A DNA stretch of 64,000 bases. Source: Candidatus Bathyarchaeia archaeon. Its GTDB lineage: Archaea; Thermoproteota; Bathyarchaeia; Bathyarchaeales; Bathycorpusculaceae. Positions within the stretch are counted from its first letter, which is position 1. Every line of letters starts with the position of its first letter. Below the pieces are notes generated by a model. The model was given only the letters and a program-made list of their open reading frames with translations. It was not told the DNA's origin and searched no databases. Of the stretch, positions 29,275 through 37,367 are shown in pieces. The position numbers and the translations under genes are program-made. The DNA is taken from positions 96,001 through 160,000 of the forward strand of contig JAVZNC010000002.1 in assembly GCA_038882955.1 (NCBI GenBank), read 5' to 3'.

Positions 29275-30501
29275 TCATTCTTTTCGTTGTTTACTTAGGA
29301 ATCGTCCTTTATCCTCATCAACGTGTTTTCTTTTGCAAAATATGACAACCACTAGTGTTGATACTATGAACAGTGGCAGAACAAATAATGCTGGGAACTC
29401 TGGAATGATGTCATAGACTGTATGAAGAAACAGTTCTCCTAACTCCATGGACGGTTCTATTGCCGTGCCTTCTAACCATTCGTTCCATGAAGTTATCATT
29501 ATGATTTTCAAGTTGTTGTCGACAAAGTTCTTTGCTATTGTTAACATTTCTCTGAACGCTGTTTCATTAGTTGGCAGCGCTGTTGGATTGGTTACACCTT
29601 CGCAGCTTGTGTTGTTAAATCCAGGATAGACATTCGGAATAAACTTGACCCCAATTGTGTTAGCGAATTCGCACCACTCTTGGTAATATCTAGTATCATT
29701 GAGCACCGAGCACCACCCTTTTGCCGGGTCTGAAAATAGATAATGCGTTATGCCGTTCATTGAATAAGTCCAATCCACATTAATTTTTTGAGGATTAGAC
29801 TCGCTGCCCATATCGCCAATAAAATAAACTTCCTCACCATAATTTTGAAGCAGTTGCAGCCTCACCTCATCTAATAATTCTTTCACTTTAATATCGGTCA
29901 GATTCTGGTAAAGGTTCGGTAGATTGTGAATGAAAAATACTGGTTTTCCATCAACGTGCAAATAACTCGGATGATTGAAGTAATGCTCGGCCGCATATTT
30001 AGTGTCGTTGATAAAAACATTTTTGAAAAAGTCAGCTGGGTTTGGGTATCCATGGTCGGAATAGTTGCGCTTTACATACATGTCATAGACGGAGTCCAGA
30101 ATTATTTTTGATTCATAGTAAAGGCAAAAATTAAATTCGCTTAGCCTCTCAGCTTTTAAGAAGCCGTTCTTTAGATTTTGTTCATCAATGTAGCAATGGT
30201 CGGACCAATTAAATGTTCCAAGCCATGAAACCGCAAAGAAGCTAATCTTATGTTGCTTCGCCAATGTGATGTGTTTATCAGCAACTTCAGGGTTGCTTGA
30301 ATTATATTCCCCCAGAAAAGGCGTGCCCTTAGTGCACTCATTCCAGTGATTATTAAATGGCAAACTCCACCAAATATAGTAGTATGCACCAACCCTAACG
30401 TCTTGCTCAAAAGCCGTACTGACAGGAAAATTAACAAGCATCACTACAATAAGAAAAACTAGAGATGCCACCATTAACGCAGACTTCGAAGAGTAAAACA
30501 T
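29275..30501 (-). CDS. secreted GH99/GH71-like glycoside hydrolase with PEF-CTERM-like sorting signal
   Basis: Signal peptide, GAYYYIWW, P.LGEY.S, DGKPV, PGFNN and ITSWNEWLEGTAIEP. C-terminal IPEFP + TM helix + KRK. Confidence 0.82.
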   Translation of the reverse strand: MFYSSKSALMVASLVFLIVVMLVNFPVSTAFEQDVRVGAYYYIWWSLPFNNHWNECTKGTPFLGEYNSSNPEVADKHITLAKQHKISFFAVSWLGTFNWSDHCYIDEQNLKNGFLKAERLSEFNFCLYYESKIILDSVYDMYVKRNYSDHGYPNPADFFKNVFINDTKYAAEHYFNHPSYLHVDGKPVFFIHNLPNLYQNLTDIKVKELLDEVRLQLLQNYGEEVYFIGDMGSESNPQKINVDWTYSMNGITHYLFSDPAKGWCSVLNDTRYYQEWCEFANTIGVKFIPNVYPGFNNTSCEGVTNPTALPTNETAFREMLTIAKNFVDNNLKIIMITSWNEWLEGTAIEPSMELGELFLHTVYDIIPEFPALFVLPLFIVSTLVVVIFCKRKHVDEDKGRFLSKQRKE

Positions 30502-30615
30502 GCTTCATCACCCTTTCACACCAGCAAGAAAAACAAAGTATATTCTAATATAACAATTTTTGGTAATCAAGTTATTAATAGCTTTTACACTATTCTATGA
30601 AGGGGGCAATAAAAA

Positions 30616-30981
30616 TTGTCACACGAAAACACAGAGGAAGCACACATAAAGCGTATGGCAGACCTCCTTCGCCAAGGCTCAACATTAACCGATTTAGCGT
30701 GTCCAGTATGCGCATCTCCACTTTTCAAACTGAGAAGCGGCGACTTATGGTGTGCAAAATGCGAGAAGAAGGTCATAGTGGTAAAGGAGGGGGAGGAACC
30801 AGCAAAAGTTGCAAGTTCAATGGTTTTGGAGACGCTTGAAGCAACACTCTTGACGAAGGTGCAAGAAATTCAGAACAAAATGCAACATGAAGAAAACGTT
30901 GATGAACTGCAAAAGTTAAGCAAAACCCTCGCAGAGTTATTGGAGAACCTTGAAAAAGTAAGAAAAACCAAAAGAATATAG
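30616..30981 (+). CDS. UPF0148 / autoantigen p27-like Zn-finger protein
   Basis: MADLLRQG.TL...CPVCASPLF....G...CAKC. Confidence 0.85.
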   Translation: MSHENTEEAHIKRMADLLRQGSTLTDLACPVCASPLFKLRSGDLWCAKCEKKVIVVKEGEEPAKVASSMVLETLEATLLTKVQEIQNKMQHEENVDELQKLSKTLAELLENLEKVRKTKRI

Positions 30982-30997
30982 CAGAGGCGAACCATCC

Positions 30998-31504
30998 ACG
31001 ACTCTTGGATTTTTTGAAAACTTTCCAGAAAACATCCATGAAACAGCGACTTTTACCACAACATTGTCAAGCAAAAGGCTTCAACAAGCATTAATTCGGA
31101 CACTGAACAAACTGAATGGGAAAAGTTTGAGGCTAGAAGACGTTGCAGACCCGTCAATTCTACAATGCACCGTAATTTTTGAGTTCGGAATCGCCGAAAC
31201 AAACAATTTCACATATTTAGATGACGCTGAAACGAACAAAGCATTTGAAGCCATCAACAAAAGCCCGTTCAAGGTAATTGATGTATATTGCGCAGTGCGC
31301 TATTACAAATTGCAGAACAAAAGGAAGACTCCGCTAAAATTTGATTACTACATGATTCGCTTCCTATTTGACAAAAAAATACTTGAAATGCTGGTTTTTC
31401 ACGAAAGAGGACCAAGATACATGGCGCCAAGCGACATCATAAATTTTATAGCAAATGAGATTAACGGAGAGTTTTCTAAAAAAGTGTTAAAGCCGCTCAC
31501 ATAG
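30998..31504 (+). CDS. conserved hypothetical protein (start ambiguous: ACG 30998 or TTG 31064)
   Basis: FEFGIAE..F, PLKFDYY.IRF and HERGPR look conserved. The frame stays open 22 codons upstream of the TTG. Confidence 0.7.
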   Translation, partial: TTLGFFENFPENIHETATFTTTLSSKRLQQALIRTLNKLNGKSLRLEDVADPSILQCTVIFEFGIAETNNFTYLDDAETNKAFEAINKSPFKVIDVYCAVRYYKLQNKRKTPLKFDYYMIRFLFDKKILEMLVFHERGPRYMAPSDIINFIANEINGEFSKKVLKPLT

Positions 31505-32102
31505 GCCTAAACTTCTCTTCCAAGAATTTTAGAACGACGTCTAAAACATTTTCGGCAACATCAGCTTTAGGCTTATTTCCGTCTATTCGAACAATTTTGC
31601 CCGCCTCCACAAATTTCATGTAAACCTCGCGCACTTTCCTCTGCGTTTCCAGATTTTCCATAACAGACTTTTTGGGTTTAACCCTTCTAATAGCCACTTC
31701 AGGTTCAACGTCAATGAAAAGTGCCAGGTCTGGCATAATCGCATGCTCATTCACCTTCTCAATCCACTTCAAATCCAAGCCAGCAGCACCCTGATAAGCC
31801 AGTGAGGAGAACACATAACGGTCAGAAACAACCACCCTTTCATCTTTTAGGGCTGGAATAACCTCGCGCTCAAGATGCTCAACACGGTCAGCGGCAAAAA
31901 GCAAAGCCTCAACAACACCAGAGGCTCTTTGCCTCCCATGCAAACAATATTTTCTAATAAATCTGCCGATTCTGCCTCGACTAGGCTCCGCAGTGTAAAT
32001 TGCCTCATACCCAGCCTTCCTTAAAGCCTTCACAAGAAATTTCGCCTGTGTGGTTTTTCCACAGCCGTCCAAACCTTCAACACAAATAAACACGCCTTTC
32101 AT
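31497..32102 (-). CDS. tmk: thymidylate kinase
   Basis: EGLDGCGKTTQ, LFAADR and DRYVFSSLAYQG. Confidence 0.96.
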   Translation of the reverse strand: MKGVFICVEGLDGCGKTTQAKFLVKALRKAGYEAIYTAEPSRGRIGRFIRKYCLHGRQRASGVVEALLFAADRVEHLEREVIPALKDERVVVSDRYVFSSLAYQGAAGLDLKWIEKVNEHAIMPDLALFIDVEPEVAIRRVKPKKSVMENLETQRKVREVYMKFVEAGKIVRIDGNKPKADVAENVLDVVLKFLEEKFRPM

Positions 32103-32193
32103 TTCACCATTCCTTTTTACATTTTAAAGAGCATTAGGCATTATAAGAATGAAGTTGCATTAAATAATTGCTCTAAGCGGGAGATTGCCGCAA

Positions 32194-33474
32194 ATGCCTA
32201 AAAACTATTGGGGCGAAATAAAAGATCCCGTCCACGGCTACGTTTACATAACAGAAACGGAAAAAGAAATCATAGATTCTTACCCTGTTCAGAGAATGCG
32301 TAGGCTACGCCAACTCGCGGGCGCCGAATACGTTTATCCAGGAGCAAACCATACACGCTTTGAACATTCAGTTGGCGTCATGTATCTGGCTAGAAAGGTT
32401 GTTGAAAACCAAAACATCGCCCAAAAAATAAGCGAAGAAGAAGCAGAAATGGTCAGAATCGCAGCCCTACTTCACGACATTGGACACGGACCTTTCTCGC
32501 ATGTTTTTGAGCATTTGCTTGATAAAAAGTTGGGTAAAACCCACGAGGATTTAACCAGATGGATAGTGACAAACAGCGAGTTAAAGGGCTTGCTCAACAA
32601 GTACGGGCATAACCCTAAAGATGTCGGTGAACTTGCAACGGGTGTTCTCCACAAGCCGAACAAAACTTTTCTTGACCAAATAATAAGCAGCGCCGTAGAC
32701 GTGGATAAACTTGACTTTGTAGTTAGAGATACACATCACACTGGCGCCGAGTATGGTTACATCGACGTTTTTCGCCTAATACATGCACTGGATGTGGTTG
32801 ATGGAAACTTGGCAGTAGACCTAGGAGCATTATCCGCACTTGAGTCCTTGATAATTGCGAGAATAGAATCCTTCAAAAGCATCTATTTCCATCGCGTCGG
32901 AAGAGCAGCACAAATAATGTTAGCAATTGCCATGGAAAAGGCTGATGACGAACTTGGACTGTCTGATTTTAAAACTCCAGAAGAATATCTGGCCATGGAC
33001 GATTACACAGTTTGGGCTAAACTGAAAAACTGCAAAAAATCAAAAGGCATAATCGAAAACCTTGAAAGACGAAAAATGCTGAAATGCGCATACGAGAAAA
33101 CCTTCTATGAAAAGGACGTTATGATTTCAAATGTCTTCCGCCAAGAATCCCACAGAAAACAATTACAAGAGGGCATCGCAAAAAAAGCAGGAGTCGAAAC
33201 AGAAGCTGTGATAATAGATGTCCCAACAGTTCCATCCGTACCATATCACCACGCTGCACTCATGGAACCAATGGAAATCCCAATTTTCTACAAAACAAGA
33301 GAAGGAGAAAAAATCCCACAGAAACTAAGCGAAATATCAAAAATTTTTGAAGTCTTAAAGGGCTTCATGAACATACTTCGCGTTTACACAGATGAGAAAA
33401 ACAGAGAGAAAGTAGGTGCCGCCGCAGCCAAGATTTTGGGCGAAATTCCCGCAACCGCAAAAATATCGTATTAG
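32194..33474 (+). CDS. HD-domain phosphohydrolase (SAMHD1/dNTPase-like)
   Basis: DPVHG, QRMRRLRQL, HTRFEHS.G, LLHDIGHGPFSH, DVDKLD and YFH. Confidence 0.9.
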   Translation: MPKNYWGEIKDPVHGYVYITETEKEIIDSYPVQRMRRLRQLAGAEYVYPGANHTRFEHSVGVMYLARKVVENQNIAQKISEEEAEMVRIAALLHDIGHGPFSHVFEHLLDKKLGKTHEDLTRWIVTNSELKGLLNKYGHNPKDVGELATGVLHKPNKTFLDQIISSAVDVDKLDFVVRDTHHTGAEYGYIDVFRLIHALDVVDGNLAVDLGALSALESLIIARIESFKSIYFHRVGRAAQIMLAIAMEKADDELGLSDFKTPEEYLAMDDYTVWAKLKNCKKSKGIIENLERRKMLKCAYEKTFYEKDVMISNVFRQESHRKQLQEGIAKKAGVETEAVIIDVPTVPSVPYHHAALMEPMEIPIFYKTREGEKIPQKLSEISKIFEVLKGFMNILRVYTDEKNREKVGAAAAKILGEIPATAKISY

Positions 33475-33491
33475 TAGTAGGCGTGCATACA

Positions 33492-33905
33492 ATGCAGCCA
33501 ATAAAATTGAAGGGCAGAAAAATTGTTGAGGGACGCTGCATAGCAAAAGCCCTAGTTTCAAAAAGGCCAATAAGCTTCCTCGGTGGGGTTGACCCTGCAG
33601 ACGGAAAAATTATAGAGAAAAATCACGATTTATGCGGTGAATGTATAAAGGATAAAGTATTATGTTTTCCGCACGGGCACGGCTCAACCGTGGGAAGCTA
33701 TGTTCTGTATGCCCTTGCAAAGCGAAACATGGCGCCAAAAGCAATAATAAACCAAACTGCAGACCCGGTTGTGGTTGTTGGAGCAATAATTGCAAACATT
33801 CCGATGGTTGATAAAATTGACATCACAAAGATAAGGAATGGTGACCTGTTGGAAGTCAACGCCACGGAAGAAATCGTAAAAATCCTAAAAAGAAAGGTGG
33901 AGTAA
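33492..33905 (+). CDS. aconitase X swivel subunit (DUF126); phosphomevalonate dehydratase small subunit
   Basis: ISFLGGVDP..G, GSTVGSY and APKAII, adjacent to the large subunit. Confidence 0.9.
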   Translation: MQPIKLKGRKIVEGRCIAKALVSKRPISFLGGVDPADGKIIEKNHDLCGECIKDKVLCFPHGHGSTVGSYVLYALAKRNMAPKAIINQTADPVVVVGAIIANIPMVDKIDITKIRNGDLLEVNATEEIVKILKRKVE

Positions 33906-33911
33906 GCCTAA

Positions 33912-35087
33912 ATGTACTTAACAAAAGAGGAAGAACGTGTATACGATGGGGAACAAGGCTGGGCAAACCAAGTATGTATGAAAATTCTTGTGCGACTAGG
34001 CGAACTCTTTGGTGCAGATAGGCTTATTCCCATAAGCTCAGCACACGTTTCAGGAGTGTCATACAAAACGTTGGGAGACGCGCCGTCTGAATTTTTGAAG
34101 GTATTAGCAGAATCTAACGCGAAAGCAAAAGTGAAGGCTACGACAAACCCTCATAGCATTGACAAAAAACACATCCTTGCAAAAATTTCTGAAGAAAAAG
34201 TTCAAAAACAGTTGGCAATCACAAAGAACTTTGAAAAAATGGGATTTAAAAACACATTAACATGCACACCATATTATCTGGAAAAACCAAAACGCAACAC
34301 GCATATGGCATGGTCTGAATCTTCAGCAGTTGTGTATACAAACTCCATTTTGAAGGCGTGGACAAACCGTGAAGGCGGTCCAAGCGCCCTTGCAGCAGCC
34401 ATAATAGGGAAAACACCGAACTATGGCATTCATAGGACCGAAGAACGCAAATCGAAAGTTCTAGTGACATTAAACATGAAACTTAAGGATGAAACTGATT
34501 TTGGTGCACTAGGAATTTTCCTAGGCGAAATTTTGGAAGACAAAATTCCAGCAATTAAGGGGTTAGAAGGCGCCTCAAAAGACAACTTGAAACAGTTAGG
34601 TGCTGCCCTCGCGTCAACGGGAATGGTTAACATGTTCAACTTTTACAACGAGAACAGGCTGAAAGAAAAGCTGGAAAAAATAAGTATTGGCAAAAGCGAG
34701 TTAACGAAAAAAAAACAAAAATTGACAACAGCATCGACGAAAAAGCCAGACTTGGTTTTCATAGGCTGCCCTCACTGCTCACTTAACGAAATTAAATGTA
34801 TTGCAAACCTTATTGGCAACAGGAAAATTAGAAGCGACTTGGAATTCTGGGTGTGCACATCACAGCACATAAAAGAAAAAGCTGGAAAACACGCAACCAT
34901 AATAGAAATGCGTGGAGGCCATATAATCACGGACACATGCGCAGTAGTCACATGGACAGAAAAACTTGGAATAAAAACAATAATGACAAACTCGGCAAAA
35001 ACAGCACATTACGCGCCAACACTAAACAAAGCAGACGTAACACTAGCACCACTAGAAAAGTGCATAAAAACCGCACTAAAAGAATAA
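33912..35087 (+). CDS. aconitase X catalytic subunit (DUF521); phosphomevalonate dehydratase large subunit
   Basis: MYLTKEEE, HVSGVSY, TCTPY, ESSA, TNREGG, GCPHCS, DTC and TNSAK. Confidence 0.92.
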   Translation: MYLTKEEERVYDGEQGWANQVCMKILVRLGELFGADRLIPISSAHVSGVSYKTLGDAPSEFLKVLAESNAKAKVKATTNPHSIDKKHILAKISEEKVQKQLAITKNFEKMGFKNTLTCTPYYLEKPKRNTHMAWSESSAVVYTNSILKAWTNREGGPSALAAAIIGKTPNYGIHRTEERKSKVLVTLNMKLKDETDFGALGIFLGEILEDKIPAIKGLEGASKDNLKQLGAALASTGMVNMFNFYNENRLKEKLEKISIGKSELTKKKQKLTTASTKKPDLVFIGCPHCSLNEIKCIANLIGNRKIRSDLEFWVCTSQHIKEKAGKHATIIEMRGGHIITDTCAVVTWTEKLGIKTIMTNSAKTAHYAPTLNKADVTLAPLEKCIKTALKE

Positions 35088-35136
35088 GATTTATCCGAAA
35101 GAGAAAATACTTGCATGATGCCCAAAGAATAGGCAT

Positions 35137-35211
35137 GCTCCGGTAGTATAGCCCGGTCAAGTATTCCGGCCTTTCGAGCCGGAGACGCGGGTCCGAATCC
35201 CGCCCGGAGCA
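35137..35211 (+). tRNA. tRNA-Glu(TTC)
   Basis: Acceptor GCTCCGG/CCGGAGC, anticodon arm CCGGC-CTTTCGA-GCCGG and T arm GCGGG-TCCGAAT-CCCGC. CCA is not encoded. Confidence 0.95.
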
Positions 35212-35244
35212 CTCGTTTTATTTTTATTTGAGCCCTTTGACTGG

Positions 35245-35267
35245 TTACGGAATTCCGTAATGCATTA
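35245..35267. repeat. overlapping perfect palindromes
   Basis: TTACGGAATTCCGTAA (35245-35260) overlaps TAATGCATTA (35258-35267), just 3' of tRNA-Glu. Confidence 0.6.
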
Positions 35268-35551
35268 TAAGATTTTGTAACGCCTAATCCATGAGTCTCT
35301 AGCAAAACTATGGTAAACTGGTTGGTGCTGTGGTGGCTGTTGGTGCCTGATGTTGGGTGAGGCGTTGAAGGATAAGGAGCAGTGAGGGGTTGTGAAGGCT
35401 ACATTTTTGAAGGCTTTTCTTTTCGATAGTGATAGACCCCCTCTAGGTTTTTGGCTGGAAAAGTTGTGCGTGCTTGCTTAGGTATTTTGGGTTTCTCTGT
35501 ATTTTCAGTCTTGCAGAAGTGCAAGTGGTTATAGATGTGTACGCGTCTGGT

Positions 35552-35737
35552 TTAATGCAAGTTTGTTATTGCGGGCACTTTCAAGGGCTTCTTTTTATCC
35601 GCCACTTTCACTATTTTGACTTTTGCGCTTTTCAGAGTTTGCTTTGCTGCTTCTTTTGCCTCTTTTCTGTTTTGGTGGTCTCCTTTCAGTTCAATCCATG
35701 GAAGCGTCTCGTCAAGCTTTATCCAAACCGCATACAA
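35552..35737 (-). CDS. small hypothetical protein (61 aa)
   Basis: ATG start with GGTGA upstream. The sequence MYAVWIKLDETLPWIELKG is protein-like. Confidence 0.6.
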   Translation of the reverse strand: MYAVWIKLDETLPWIELKGDHQNRKEAKEAAKQTLKSAKVKIVKVADKKKPLKVPAITNLH

Positions 35738-35824
35738 TAGTGTTCACCATTGTTGCTGTTGTTAGATTTTGGATTATTAAAACGGTTATGAATTTGGAAT
35801 ATTGATTTTTGTTAAGGGTTTCTT

Positions 35825-35840
35825 GAAAACTTATTTAAGG
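35825..35840 (+). promoter_or_regulatory. BRE/TATA promoter for the leader-mgtE transcript
   Basis: GAAAACTTATTTAAGG lies ~20-25 nt upstream of where the structured segment begins (35861). Confidence 0.5.
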
Positions 35841-35859
35841 AATTTCTGTACATCTTCTA

Positions 35860-36060
35860 TGGCTTAGGAGCGAGCATTAGGGTGCAGCTTGAGGGCTCCT
35901 CAAATAGGGTTCCATTGAAGGGGTGCCTATGGATGGGCAAAGATGGTGGACAAGATGAAGGCGAAAAGAGTACTATACCACAACAGCAGACGCCATGCGC
36001 AACCCCTGAGCCACACAGTTGCGCGCTCTAAAGATTCTGTTTTATGTAAGGTTTTTTCGT
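35860..36060 (+). ncRNA. candidate structured leader RNA / riboswitch-like element
   Basis: Closing helix 35860-35868/36005-36013, internal hairpins, an alternative GCGCAAC/GTTGCGC hairpin and a T-rich tract, all upstream of an MgtE-like gene. Confidence 0.45.
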
Positions 36061-36088
36061 CAATGATTCTTCTGGAGGCTCGCGACCG

Positions 36089-37306
36089 ATGACTTACACC
36101 ATGGATTTTAAGGTTTTTTCAAAAACTTTCAAAGAGTCTCTGGCGGCATACGCTTTTGACGTTGGCGGTATATTTGCAGGTTTTATATTCTACTTTTTGG
36201 TTATTTCGAAGCTTGATTCTTTTCAAGTGCCATGGATTATCGCGGCATACCCAACAATTTTAAGTGCTAAAGGCACCATCGGCGGGTTGCTTTCTGGGCG
36301 CTTAAGCACTTCGTTGCATGTCGGAACAATTTACCCAAGATTTCTTAATAACACAAAAGCTTTTTACACGCTTTTTGATGCTGTTGTTTTTATAAATTTG
36401 GAAACATGCATTGCCATGAGTTTGATTTCACTTGTTTTTGGGAGTCTCTTTTGGGGGATTTCCATCCTAAACTTTTCCGAAATTCTACCTGTTGTGGTGG
36501 CAACCATGGCTTTAGGCTTAGTCATCTCCCTACTAACAATGCTTGTTGCTTTTACCTCTTTCAAGAAAGGTTTGGACCCGGATATAACAGTGTATCCGAT
36601 AATGTCAACGGTGGCTGACATAGCCATAACGGTTTGCTATGCCATAGTTCTTCATGTTTTCTTTTTTGCAGATTTCTTTGGTAAATACGTAGTAGCCGCG
36701 GTTGCCACTGCATTCGCCATTTTAGCATGCTACATTTTAGTAAGAAACGTTCATGAAGAAGATTTTGTTAAGACAATTAGGGAATTTTCATTCACGTTGA
36801 TAGCTGTGGCTTTTATAGTCAACATTACTGGAACTTTTCTGCACATGATAAATAAAGTCATACTTACGGGTAGAAGCGAAATATACACGGTTTACCCCGC
36901 CCTAATAGATTTGGTTGGCGATGTTGGTTCGGTTGTGGGTTCCACGGCTACAACAAGACTTACTTTGGGTTTGCTTAAGCCTTCGCTCTCATCAATAAGG
37001 AGCCACTTAAACCATATTTTTGGAGCGTGGGCAGCGTCTCTGGTAATGTTTACAGTTCTATCAACTTTGTCGCTTTCAATAAACAATGTTCTTTCGCTTT
37101 TCGGGATTTTCACCGCAACCCTCTTAATTGCAAACGTGATTGCCGTCTCGCTGATAATTTTGATATCGTACGCCACTGCCATTCTAACTTTTCATAAAGG
37201 GTTAGACCCAGACAACTTTATCATTCCGATTGAAAGCTCTCTTGCAGATACTGTAACCTCTGTGGCTTTGCTTGTCGCCCTAATCATCTGCCGCTATGGC
37301 CTTTAG
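36089..37306 (+). CDS. MgtE-like divalent cation transporter (duplicated integral-membrane domain)
   Basis: Two repeats of the MgtE-type motifs, RLSTSLHVG/GLDPD..PIMSTVAD and RLTLG/GLDPDN..PIESSLAD, with multiple TM helices. Confidence 0.88.
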   Translation: MTYTMDFKVFSKTFKESLAAYAFDVGGIFAGFIFYFLVISKLDSFQVPWIIAAYPTILSAKGTIGGLLSGRLSTSLHVGTIYPRFLNNTKAFYTLFDAVVFINLETCIAMSLISLVFGSLFWGISILNFSEILPVVVATMALGLVISLLTMLVAFTSFKKGLDPDITVYPIMSTVADIAITVCYAIVLHVFFFADFFGKYVVAAVATAFAILACYILVRNVHEEDFVKTIREFSFTLIAVAFIVNITGTFLHMINKVILTGRSEIYTVYPALIDLVGDVGSVVGSTATTRLTLGLLKPSLSSIRSHLNHIFGAWAASLVMFTVLSTLSLSINNVLSLFGIFTATLLIANVIAVSLIILISYATAILTFHKGLDPDNFIIPIESSLADTVTSVALLVALIICRYGL

Positions 37307-37367
37307 TCAGAGAGATAGGCTTAAAATATTTCTTGTTTTATAATTTGCTTGGAGCGACAAAAGTAGT

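Noticed and set aside
35009-35305. 98-aa ORF across tRNA-Glu
   Set aside because: Spurious frame through a tRNA gene.
35860-36030. RNase P RNA or SRP RNA
   Set aside because: Lacks the GAGGAAAGTCC and ACAGAA...GCTTA RNase P boxes and the SRP motifs, and is too short. Kept as an unknown leader instead.
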